DNA from: Octopus bimaculoides
Lineage: Eukaryota
Length of the DNA stretch: 62,862 nt
Reading direction: 5' to 3'
Assembly: GCF_001194135.2 (NCBI RefSeq)
Contig: NC_068992.1
Coordinates: forward strand, 20,759,174-20,822,035
Part shown: one piece after another, positions 42,300 through 54,456 of the stretch
Numbering within the stretch: position 1 is the stretch's first letter
Layout of the letters: each line of letters starts with the position of its first letter
Notes under the pieces: model-generated
Database searches by the model: none
The model's input: the letters and a program-made list of their open reading frames with translations, nothing else
What the model was told of the DNA's origin: nothing
Program-made: the position numbers and the translations under genes

Positions 42300-42595
42300 A
42301 TTGGTTAAAGACACCCTTGTTGCACCAACAATGCTCCCCTCCGAAGCACAAGTCAGAGCGAGGTTATTTTGAGGAAGAGCAGCGAACGCCGATGCATACC
42401 AATCTTCCTTCTGCACCCAACGTATACTGTCCAAGAGAAAGGTGAAGGCCGATACACCAATGACGTCACAACTCATTTCTGCAGTGAAATAAAAAGTCTT
42501 GCTCAAGACCACATCACACAGCGCTGACCAGGAATTGAATTCACTACCACATGATTGTAAGCGCGGCGTTCTAACCATTTTGACATGCTCCTTCA
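42300..42595 (-). mobile_element. tRNA-derived SINE, head H1/CORE-like + a third tail type
   Basis: Minus strand: aaatggttagaacgccgcgcttacaatcatgtggtagtgaattcaattcctgg...gtggtcttgagcaagactttttatttcactgc...aaatgagttgtgacgtc..., then a tail unlike T1 or T2. Confidence 0.7.
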
Positions 42596-42653
42596 AACAT
42601 ACATAAACAGATGCATGTATATCTATATATGCATGTATATGAATATATATGTT

Positions 42654-42955
42654 GGAGGCGCAATGGCCCAGTGGTTACGGCAGAGGACTCGCGGTCGGAG
42701 GATCGCGGTTTCGATTCCAAGACCGGGCGTTGTGTGTGTGTATTGAGCGAAAACATCTAAAGCCCCACGAGGCTCCAGCAAGGAGTGGTGGCGACCCCCC
42801 TTGTACACTCTCGCCCCAACGTTCTCTTACTCTTTCTCCCTATTTCTAGTGTAACGCTGCGATGTACTGGTGTCCCGTCCAACTGCTTGGAACACATACG
42901 CCATAGAAACCGGGAAACCGGGCCATGAATCTAGCTAGGGTTTAAAAGAGCGGAT
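42654..42955 (+). mobile_element. tRNA-derived SINE, head H2 + tail T2
   Basis: Head nearly identical to 1486-1630. The tail gtaacgctgcgatgtactggtgtcccgtcca...gccatagaaaccgggaaaccggg matches the tail of 520-777. Confidence 0.85.
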
Positions 42956-45126
42956 AAAAAAATATGAATATATATGCATGTATATATATACACATATANN
43001 NNNNNNNNNNNNNNNNNNNNNNNNNNNNNNNNNNNNNNNNNNNNNNNNNNNNNNNNNNNNNNNNNNNNNNNNNNNNNNNNNNNNATATGTATGTATATGT
43101 ATGTATATATTTATATACATGAATATATGTATATATATATCCGTTATTTTATGTATATATATATATATACATAAATTAACGGAACAATCGTTAAAACTTT
43201 TATCATGGCCAGTGTATAAAACAGACCTAGTTCGCTAAATTCATATACAGAGATTTATAATAGCATAACATAAAATTATGACAAATGACACAGAGAAGAC
43301 CATACCTGTACGCTGAAAATAGACACTAAATCATCCATCTACTCTAAATCAACACTTTATAATATATAGGCATGGACATCTATGTGCCCTTCATTATAAT
43401 TGCATTTTATAGTATTACAAATCTATATGTGTGTATGTGTGTGCCTGTCTGTCTGCGTGCTCCTGTGTAGGCGAGTGCGTACTTGTGTGTGTAACAAAAG
43501 GAGAGAAATAAAATGGAGATGCATAACCAAGTCTAAAATAATTCCTTATCAGTGCGCGCGCGTGTCTGTATTTATATTTGTTTGCATGTATTTATGTATG
43601 TATATTTCTGGTGGTTTTGTGGTTCAGTAGATGCCAGAATCAGCAATAGACAATAATGTAAATTATAACTACTCATTTATTTTATCAGTTTAATACATTT
43701 ATTCGATCATCTTCGTTTCCTTTCATTTCATTTCCGAATATTGCATTCTTTTGTTTTGTTTTCTCTTGTTTTCTGCTGTTCCCTATTCTAAGTGCGTGTA
43801 TTTTGATATGCATAAACATTATATATATATATATATATATATATNNNNNNNNNNNNNNNNNNNNNNNNNNNNNNNNNNNNNNNNNNNNNNNNNNNNNNNN
43901 NNNNNNNNNNNNNNNNNNNNNNNNNNNNNNNNNNNNNNNNNNNNNNNNNNNNNNNNNNNNNNNNNNNNNNNNNNNNNNNNNNNNNNNNNNNNNNNNNNNN
44001 NNNNNNNNNNNNNNNNNNNNNNNNNNNNNNNNNNNNNNNATATATATAATATGTATGAATGTAATACATATATATAATATATATATATATGTAATATATA
44101 TTCATAATATATATAACATACAAACATTATATGTATATATATATATATATATATACATATATATATACATATATATATATATATACATAATATATATAAT
44201 ATACATATATACATAATATATATAATATACATATATACACATATATATATATACATCTGTGTGTGTGCTTGTGGGGGTGATGGGTTGTGTGTGCATACTT
44301 CTAAATGGAGTTTGGAAGTTAGCCTTGCATGAAATTTTAACGTTAAGATATAATTCACGTTTATAATATAATTGATGTTTACTCTTTCGCATCTACATTC
44401 GGTGCAGTTGTGTGTCTGTATTTTATTTCTATGCTTATGTTTCATTCCTGAGTGCCGCTTCTGGCGTACTCAAAGCCACCGTGTATATCTATATGCGATT
44501 ATCCTATATGATTATGTGTCTCTCTTCAGTTTATTTCATTTACTCTTTTCTATAATTTTCTTGTTATTTTAATAAAATTATAATTCGATTTCGTGTTTGG
44601 GGAGAGTCATTCTCTTTTAGAGCCTTATTATTTAAAACCATCATCGGTTCACTTTTCATTCATTTACTTATTTATTAGTTCTAAAATTTTCGTTGCGTCT
44701 TGCAACTTTTTCAATAGTTATTTACTCTTTTATCCGAACTGCGTACTTCTTGTTTGTGCGCATGCGTGTGGGTCAATGTGCATACGCATCTGTATGCATG
44801 TTTGTATGCATGTATGTGTGTATGCCATGCATGCGTGCCTATATGCATATGTATATATGTATGTATGTGTGAACGTTTGTATGTATGTAGTCTCCATATT
44901 CATGTGTGTTTGTCCGTGTTTGTGTGTTTGCATGTGTGTGTGTATGCATCTCTGTCTCCTTTACTGTGCATGTCTGAGTGTGTCTGTGTATTGGTTTTTG
45001 TGACTATGTATGTGCGTATGTGTGCTTGTCCGTTCATATTACATATATTACATATATATACCTATCTATCTGTATGTCTATCTGTTTACATTCATATGCA
45101 TTTACCTACATATATATGCATATACC

Positions 45127-45158
<32 letters not shown>

Positions 45159-47149
45159 TATAATTTTCCGCTCAAAGTCTAAACTGCTGATAAATGAACC
45201 AAGATATGTGAGACGACGTAATATAAACATCTTCCAGGACATTTTGTTGTAAAATTACACTATCGCTTTTGCATTTGGAATTTCTCAGTGATGTAAAATC
45301 TGCAATTTTTCAAATTCGATCTATTGAGAATACGACATACATTCTCATATGATTCATATTACGTGGAATTTGACTTTTTCAACAAATAATAACACTGTGA
45401 TGAAAATTTCTTCGTCCATTAACCTACAATATTGGACATCCTGATGGTAGCCACATTTCCAAATAATTTTCTACGCTTTCCAGGATGTTTGTGTTGAACA
45501 GTATACAAACAGTTTGAAAAGCAATGTCTAGGACAGAGAAACAATGAATCCGACCACAGTAAAATGGATTTAGTGTATGTCTTTGTTGATCTATGGTTCA
45601 TGTATACATTCAGACAGCACATGAGTGACGTTCTGTCTTTACGTGTATATACAGACATAAAATCAATTGGCTAAATTGTATCGGCTTCCTGAATCCTGTC
45701 TCGGCTTCAAATTCTGTCGAGTTTAATATAATTATTTTCCTTCTTGTATTTGATGCACAAATTCGCAGGATTGTAGCGATGTAATATTTTCTCTTCTAAG
45801 TTGTCATTTGTTAGTCGCTAGGTGGGAAATGTTGTCTGCCTCTACACACTGTTACAAGTCTACGTCACACATTCCACGCAGTAAGTTACATACATGTAAT
45901 TCATTTTAAGTTGCGAGTCACCGAGTGACGTCCATCATCATACAGAATCAAAAGAAAACTTTAACGTGCGCACGCACAAGCACGTGTGTATGCATGTGTG
46001 TGTGTGTGCGTGTATATGTGTGTATGCGCTTATGTGTGTGTGTGTGTGTATGTGTGTGTATATATGTGTGTGTGTGTGTGTGTGTGCGTACAGACAAACT
46101 GAAAGAAAAATGCCGTGATTAAATCACATTAAACTTTCAATAGTACGAATTGCCGAACATCTCAGGAAGATGTGTCTCTTAATTAGAGGTTTTTTCGGGA
46201 GTACTTCATGAATTCAGTCCTAGCAGATTGACCATAGTTGACAAAGCGTTATGGAAGATTAACTAAGAATCAAGTATCAATTCTACCCGTTTACCGATCA
46301 ATAAAAGTTTAGGATTAGTGTTTTAGTTAACTAAAAACATGTTTGGATAAATTGTGATGGTGACAAATTCTGTAAGTTTCGTAAACATAAACTTAACTTT
46401 GGTGTGGAAGAAACGAATGTACGTAGTGCTTTCTTACACAGCAAGAATGAATATATAGCTACCACAGATGTTTTGCCTTCTCCTCTACCCTTCTCTCTAT
46501 CCCTCTCTCTCTCTCTCTCTTTCTTACACACACTGGTAGGTATATCTTTGTATTTGAATATATAATTCGTTCCTACATAGTATGATACAATAGCAAATCA
46601 ATAACCGAGGCACATATTACTTTCGAAATGCGTATAAATATATATGTTTTTATATTGCATTAGGAATTATTTTTTATAACATAGACGGTATATATATCGG
46701 ACTAAATGACGACGTTCCTTGCAAAAAATTTCATTGATTTATATAGACTGTTATGCAACTGGAAAAATACAAAGCTTGCAAATAAACTCACACAACAATG
46801 CATACAAAAAATACATGTTCAGACTATAGCAGTGACTTTTTTCGTGAACACAAAATATGCAGTAATTGTATTTATATATGTAAAAGTGTTTATTTCTTGT
46901 TTTAGCTTTATTTTTTTGTACTATACAGAACTCTCTGGTCTAAGTGGCGGTGTTTTTACTGGTGAATATAAAATAGCGTTTGAACGAGTTTTAAAACATC
47001 AGTTTAAATTGTTATGAAGCAGTAGATCAAAGTGATATAAAACTAGTAGGTCAATGTAATATTAAAGAGAAGTTCATGTTTAATATAAACTAGTATTTCA
47101 AATTGTATAAAATATCAGCAAATGTTAGTACAAAAGAGCAACGTATACA

Positions 47150-47800
47150 AATATATTCGCAGAGTTGCGTTATGCAAATCTTCGTCTATCAATATTAATT
47201 AAGTGATTCATGTTTAGAAAAGCCATTGGTCAAGGAGTTCAGAAATTACAATTCCTGTTGGAACAACATGAAAAAAACAAAATAATCTAAAGAACTGTCA
47301 GAAACTGGTTTATTGCTTTAGAGGTATATTGACTTCAGGCATATGAAAAGTCCTTTCAGACGACGAAGATGAAGAGGGATGGATAACCGTAAGCTTCAGT
47401 GGCTTTTGGTCTGTGGCTGTATATCAAGTTGTTTTAACTTCTATAAGCTATATGTTGCAGTAGTTTGTAACGATACTATAACTGCAAAATGTTTATCCTT
47501 TTGTATTATCAAAGTTCAAGTTGCTGGATACCTGTTACTCTGTCCAGAGAAAACAGAAGATATGTGAGCTGTATAAACTAAATGCAGCTTTTGTATTGTC
47601 GTCGATGCTAAGTGAATCTCATAGCTGATACGTACCCTAGTGCATGTTGCAATAATTGTGGCTGGAAGTAAGACGTTCGTGTTCTGATTGTAAATATGTG
47701 CGAATGAAATGTGTCCGATTCTAACGGACATGTGAGAAAAGAGCAAAGCTTTCTTTTCTGATAGTTTGCACCAAAAGCAATCCGCTGTCTGATTAGCTTC
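47150..47800 (+). mobile_element. Highly decayed mariner-type transposase (N-terminal half)
   Basis: With frameshifts: LRLSIL..FMFRK...RTVRNWF (HTH; cf. mariner ERTV..WF), WIPVTLSRENRR (cf. WVPHEL motif), IIVAGSKTFVF (cf. RIVTGDEKWV). Confidence 0.6.
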
Positions 47801-47862
47801 GCTATAACTCCGATCCGAGTACGTTATGTTTAATTGGGAATATGGATGGTTCGAATTCAGAA

Positions 47863-48075
47863 AAGGGTGAGCTTGTATAACTGTTAGTACGACGTGAAAA
47901 CTGCTTAGCGGCATTTCATCCGTCTTCACGTTCTCAGTTCAAATTGCGTTGAGTTTGGCTTTGTCTGTCATGCATTCGAAATCGATAAAACAGTAACGGT
48001 TGAGAAATGGGGTCAATGTAATCGACTAGGTCCCTCCCACGAAATTGCTAGCCCTATGTCAAAATAGGAAACCGA
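47863..48075 (+). mobile_element. SINE family B copy
   Basis: aagggtgagcttg...ctgcttagcggcatttcatccgtcttcacgttctcagttcaaatt...ggggtcaatgtaatcgacta...gaaaccgatt. Confidence 0.85.
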
Positions 48076-49304
48076 TTTGAATGGTTCAAATCCATATACT
48101 AAAACACTTTTGAGAAAGATTTTTAACTGATAGAAACATCACTTTCTTCCATAAAAAAATAAAAAGTGAGAGCAGTATTTCGTTCATAATTACCCACTTA
48201 AACCTTTACAACTTCGATTGCATTTCATTCAGTTTCTATTGATATATATGAATATTTATTTAATATGGAATTTTACATTTAGTTAGACTCAGAGCATGTC
48301 ATATCAGAGGATAAACAATTTACCCAAAAGACAAAACTCTTATCTATTTTTCCTTGATTTCTATCTTTTTTCAGCCTCTTTGAGAGGAATCATATTTCGC
48401 AAACACCATTTTCTAAACATAAATTACTTAATGAATGTTGAATTCAACAACGTATTTCTCTGAACGTACTTTCGTTTGTTGCTTTTTTAAACTGAAACTC
48501 GGTGCTATTATATATTAGAAATATTTACATATAACATATTTCTGATGTTTTAGAAAAGTTTGATCACACCGTGTTTGAGCTTCAAAAATAATAATAATAT
48601 CAATAACAACAACCACAGCAGCAACAACGACAATCATAATAAAATTCGATTTTTACATTGCAAAAGTTTCACACTAGGCTATTTATTTGAATGACTGCAT
48701 GAATATCAACTGTTTGTATTTGTTTATGATTACTTAGATATTTACATAATAACTGTCTCTGACTAGTTGTAAAAGAAAAAACTTTATTAAAATAAAAACC
48801 GATGAAACGTACTTAATTTCTGTTAGAGACAAAATGCAACCACATCAACATGTGCTCTTTACTACAACAATATTACTTCAACATTATATTGACCAGAAAA
48901 AATATCAATATTAACATTTGAATAGATCTAGATTTTAATATATATATATATTCTGCATGTATTATATCGTATTGCACTGAACAAAATGTATTCACAGTAC
49001 GTCTATCAAGTGCGGTGATTTGAACCAGTAAGTAATAGAATATTCTAAAGAATTTATTCCAAAGTAATCTAGTCCTTTCAATAATACTAGAGTGTATATA
49101 TTTATTTAAAGTAAGTCAAAGTGATATATATAATACGAATTGCAACGCGGGGAACTGAATACTGCCTTATAATTAGGCGCTTCATAAGTATGCTGATAGA
49201 TATGTTCTCAAAGAAATTCATTTATGAAACTGGTCATTAGCTGACAGGATGTAGTTGAAAAGTCGTACGTATATATGTATATACTCCTGTATATACATAT
49301 TAGT

Positions 49305-49535
49305 TATTTCTTCATTGCCCACAAGGGACTAAACATAGAGGAGATAAACAAGGAGAGACAAAGGGATTAAGTCGATAACAAGGACTCCACTGTGTAACTG
49401 GTACTTATTTAATCGACCCCGAAAGGATGAAAGACAAAGCAGACCTCGGTGGAATTTGAAGTTAGAACCTAACGGCAGACGCAATACTGCTAAGCATTTC
49501 GCCCGGCGCGCTAGCGGTTCTGCCAGCTCGCTTTC
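49305..49535 (-). mobile_element. SINE family B, tail variant 1
   Basis: Reverse complement closely matches 18588-18820. Confidence 0.9.
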
Positions 49536-49542
49536 ATATACA

Positions 49543-49964
49543 TACTCTTTTACTCTTTTACTTCTTTCAGTCATTTGACTGCGACCATGCTGGAGCACCG
49601 CCTTTAGTCGAAGAAATCCACCCCAGGACTTTTTTTGTAAGCCTAGTACTTATTCTATCGGCTCTCTTTTGCTGAACCGCTAATTGACGGGGACGTAAAC
49701 ACACTAGCATCGGTTGTCAAGCGATGTTGGGTGATAAACACAGACACACAAACATATATCCACACACACATATATATATATATATATATACATATATACG
49801 ACGTGCTTCTTTCAGTCTCCGTCTACCAAATCCATGCACAAGGCTTTGGACGGCCCGAAGCTAGAGTAGAAGACACTTGTCCAAGGTGTCACGCACTGGG
49901 ACTGAACCTGGAACTATCCGGTTGGAAGGCAAGCTACTTACCACACAGCCACTCCTGCGCCTAC
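49543..49964 (-). mobile_element. SINE family C, near full-length, internal (TA)n/(TG)n linker
   Basis: Minus strand: gtaggcgcaggagtggctgtgtggtaagtagcttgc...caggttcagtcccagtgcg (tRNA-like), accttggacaagtgtcttctact (CORE-like), microsatellite, tail ending gtaaaagagtaaaagag. Confidence 0.9.
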
Positions 49965-50013
49965 ATGCCTGTTAGTGCTTAAGTGAAACACGCGTGCGCA
50001 CATGCACACTCAT

Positions 50014-50058
<45 letters not shown>

Positions 50059-50159
50059 CACGCACAAATATATATACTCACGCGCACCCACACACGTTAA
50101 TAAGTACATATACACATGTATAAGAAGGATGGGAAGACGGAGATATGGAAAACAGTCAG

Positions 50160-50185
50160 TCAGACTGACAGACAGACAGACAGAC

Positions 50186-50262
<77 letters not shown>
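50160..50262. repeat. (CAGA)n(GATA)n tetranucleotide microsatellite
   Basis: Directly visible. Confidence 0.95.
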
Positions 50263-50834
50263 CTGACATGCATGTAGTTATGTGTCTGCATATTGAGGAT
50301 ATACGTAGAAATCCCTTTGAGATGGTGTCAAAAGTTTGCTGTTTTATAGCGTGTAACTTTAGAAGACGGATATACTGAATTGACATTTGCTGTTACCAAA
50401 CGTAGCTTTCGTCTGCCGCATAATTAGATTTGTAGCAAACTACAACAAAGCAAATATACTCATTTGTTAATTTTCGAAACATTATGCCGTCGATCAGCCA
50501 TTAAACCAAGCTTGTCTCTTGTGTTGCTTTTCAACTTTGCAACAGTTCTCAATATTTCCTCAAAAATGAAAGATGAGATATTCTAATGTTATTGTAGGTG
50601 GCATAGTATTCTCCACCATATAATTGCGTGGTTAATAGTTTAATGAGTTTCATCTTTTTTTCTTTTAATATTAGTTGTCATAGATACACGATGTATTTAA
50701 CGTGGGATACTGGCTTCGATAATTCATCATTTATCCTTAGAAATGTTTTCAATAAATTCCAGAACTTAATTGAATTACATTGCCGTAGCTAGATCATTCA
50801 GAGGGATGTATTTTTGTTGGTAAATTTAAATGAT

Positions 50835-51076
50835 GGGACAACCAGCATCCCATCGGTTACGATAAAAGTGTTCCGCTAACTTAGCTCTCGTGAACGAGAG
50901 CGTGACGTAGAATGTAACGAGACTGGGCCTTTAAATTACAGGTACAACTCATTTTGACCAACTGTGTGGGCTAGAGCAGTAAGGAATAAAGTGACTCGCT
51001 CAAGGACTCAACAAGCCACTGGAAACAGAACGCACATTACGATCGTGTGCAGAACACTAAGCCAGGAGCTTTTCCC
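50835..51076 (-). mobile_element. tRNA-derived SINE, head H1/CORE-like + tail T1 (internally deleted)
   Basis: Minus strand: gagtccttgagcgagtcactttattcc...aaaatgagttgtacctgtaatttaaaggcccagtctcgttacattctacgtcacgct, matching T1 at 1684-1760. Confidence 0.75.
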
Positions 51077-51657
51077 AAACGATGGATATGAAACAAAGCA
51101 AGTAAAAGCCAATGTAATTGGTGTTTTTTAATGATAGTATGGAAGGATCCTTATGATACGCGAACTGATTAAACGATTTACATTAAAGAGTGATTCACAA
51201 TATAGACACAGTTCCACACATATATCAGGTGAGGGAGAATTTAGTCGATTCAGTCGATACTTTTGCTTAACTGACGTTTTACCGTCTGTGTATATAGGTA
51301 AGTCAATATAACCATCCAGAGATTTGAACATTGCTAATAACGCCTCTCGGACTTGGAATTCTATTTACTAAACAATAGACAATGAGGAAACTGTATAGAT
51401 AGAATTTAAGAAAAGGGACGTAATAGTTACGAATTACTTCCGTGTAAACGTACTGAAGACTTCCCAGTTGTTAAATGTGAATACATTTCACTTAACTGAA
51501 ACTTGGACTTTTAAGTAAGTATGTTTTACTTGCATTACAAATCCAATAGATCTTTGCATTTTTTCTTGTTTAGCATTAAATTAATTTTCACACAATCGCA
51601 CATTTTTTTCTCAAATGAATATATTATCATGTTTTTATTATTATTATTATTATTATT

Positions 51658-51861
51658 TTATGTTTGACTTTTGTTTTGCATTTGTACAAGTTGGATCCAA
51701 GTCTCACCCAGAGACCTCAAGAGACAACAAGTTAGAAGTTCATGTAGGTGTTATGCCTAGGGTACCATATATTTGGATTTGTACAGTTTTGTTCAAGTGA
51801 ATGTTTAAGAAACCATAAGAAAATTATGTTTGCTTTAAAATTTGAGATCACATAGACAGTA

Positions 51862-51865
<4 letters not shown>
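51658..51865 (-). mobile_element. 3' end of an R4/Dong-like LINE inserted in an (AAT)n tract
   Basis: Minus strand: (AAT)n - aaa ata ctg tct atg tga (KILSM*) - ~190-nt UTR with gaggtctctgggtgagacttggatcc - (AAT)n. KILSM* resembles the RLE-ORF terminus GTA.ILR..LS*. Confidence 0.6.

Positions 51866-51946
<81 letters not shown>
51866..51946. repeat. (ATT)n trinucleotide microsatellite
   Basis: Directly visible, uninterrupted. Confidence 0.97.
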
Positions 51947-51949
<3 letters not shown>

Positions 51950-53007
51950 AAAGCAATTAGCTTTAGATAGTAATCGACGATATATCGAATTGAAACTTGA
52001 CTTGTATATACTTTTCACTTATAACAGAAAAAGTGTGTAAACATGTGTAGAATTGAATTTATAAACAACGTAAGCCAACATCGATAAGTTACAATGACTT
52101 CTTGCTATAAATAAATGATAAGTTTCGTCTAGTCCGAGTTCTCACAATAGACATTAATTATACAGATTTCTAAATACATTGCAAGTATTTGTTAGAAACT
52201 GGGCTTTATTTATTAGTACTTCTATTATGTTAAGTATATTTGTTATTATTTTTTTTTTTGTGTGTGTTTGTTTTCTGCATTAATGCTTTATTTTATTCAT
52301 GAAGCAAGGTATTATTCGGGAGATCAACATTGATTTTCATTTACTTCACCTAATTTGTTGCTACACATTTGATATATTAGTCTTTCGTAGATTACGGAAA
52401 ATCGAAATTAGGCTACGCTGCGAACGGGAATAAAGAATCTCGTATATGTTTAAAAGGATAAAATATCTAAGGATATTTCTTATATTACTCGATATATTAC
52501 AACTGCGCACATATAAAAGTAACGTATCTACCTATCCAGCCATACATTTACAAACACACACACACATACATAAATATATAGATACACGTAAATGTCGAAC
52601 GATAAAAATGAGTGGTGAACACCGCACTGGTGGTTTGAATTTCTTTATTTGTCTATTAAGGCTATCATTGGTTTCATGTTAATAAAAATAGGAACACATC
52701 TTAATATCATCCCACACCCGACTAGTTTATTCGGAACCTTTCCATAAATAATGTTTCTACCCGCGTCAGTATCTGAATTTTCTCCCAGACATTTTAAGAT
52801 ATTTGTTGTTAACTTCTCGTAACCATACATGCATTAAACATAAAAGTCTTACATTTTTTTCTACCTAATTTCGAAATGTAGTTTTTCATTGATAGTCCAT
52901 TCAGTATTCATACCAACTATGGTAATTAAAACAAAAGAACAGAATAAAATAAATCAAACGGAAAAATAATAAAATGTTTGAGAATTACTGTTCTTATTAT
53001 TATTATT

Positions 53008-53564
53008 GAGTGAGAGAGCAGTACATGCCATCAAAGTGATACGGGGGAAAAATATACGAAGCCCATTATACCCAGCATGACTACCCGTCTGATAAGGGTA
53101 CACCAGGTACATGCATCACAACCATATGTGCATGACATGGTGATCTCATATCAAAATAAACAGCGCATGACCATGCAGGTGGGGCCCAGTTAGAATTTTC
53201 TTCAGGTCGAGTAGCCCATCCCGCTCAAAAGGTCCCTGAATAAGGTTTGTTTAAGGATGTTGAGCAAAACACCCTATGTTTCCAAATATGAATTATTCAA
53301 ACCCCAAAGAATTTCTCTCAACACATGGCTATGATGCTCTCCCACTACTTCTGCTCATGATCAGGGATGCACATATCGTCAGCCACCAAAGGACACGCTC
53401 AACTGGTTAAGGTCAAACAACTGACAAGCAAATATGTGGTATTAAGCAGAATATTTGTTGTAGCCCATCTTTTTTATACCAAGAGAAAACAATGTACATG
53501 ATAACACTTCCAATCAATTAAGATCTGAAGCCATGAGAGCCACTGCCTGGTACTGCATCCGGGC

Positions 53565-53565
<1 letters not shown>
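53008..53565 (-). mobile_element. ~560-bp non-coding retroposon-like element flanked by (AAT)n on both sides
   Basis: Left flank ttattattattatt (52994-53007), right flank (ATT)n(AGT)n. Second, older copy at 13171-13688. No ORF or obvious Pol III boxes recognised. Confidence 0.8.

Positions 53566-53655
<90 letters not shown>
53566..53655. repeat. (ATT)n-(AGT)n compound microsatellite
   Basis: Directly visible. Confidence 0.97.
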
Positions 53656-54396
53656 TGGTCAAGAAAATTTATTTCTACACCAATGGCCGCTGTCAGTATT
53701 ATATAGTCATAGCCAACAGCAAAATATGTTGCCACAGATACATGAAAGCAATGAGTGAAGATCCCCTATTGCTGCAAATAGCCTGAATTACCATCGTTAT
53801 ATGCCGCAGAAGCAGAATTAGATTAAAATAGCACTCTGCCTGTCATTTGTAGTGCATCTGCCTCTCATATATGTTGTTCTAGAAACATGTCCATATGAGA
53901 TATTATTGTCGGGCATCAGTAGTCAATAGTTTGCACGTGTCTAGTCAATGAAATTTTTATCTGAACAATGCAAATATTCCGATCTTTCCATGAAAGCAAC
54001 AAATCGAAGTAGTCGATATACCTTCGTGAAAGAAAAAAAAATGTTATGTTTCATGGTACGAAAACGTTGTCGTTATAATATTAAGAGATAAGTGGTAAAT
54101 CAAGAAATCAGTGTACCATCGTTAGAGTCCAATGCTGAATGCATATATTTGAAGCTGTGGCCCAGTATCATTGTAGATGTACTGAGTCAGTGAATTGAGG
54201 GAGATTTTGAAGATTCAAACATTTAATAATCACTGATAAACAGATGAAGAATGGAAGCTTCAAGCAGTTTCAGATATGTTGATTCAAATTCCGAGAAAAA
54301 CATAAACACCCACAGATACACATATACATATATAAACATGTATACATACACATACACACACAAACACACACACACATATACACACCCACACACACG

Positions 54397-54456
<60 letters not shown>

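Noticed and set aside
42654-42730. tRNA-like sequence (also at 1486 and 11455)
   Set aside because: No complete acceptor stem, and it continues into SINE body; SINE head, not a tRNA gene.
47360-47388. Apparent microexon ag|DDEDEEGWIT|gtaagc resembling acidic GW motifs of nucleolar proteins
   Set aside because: Lies inside the decayed mariner transposase, just after RTVRNWF; better explained as TE sequence.
53660-54030. Moderately open frames next to the (AGT)n tract
   Set aside because: No recognisable family motif on either strand.
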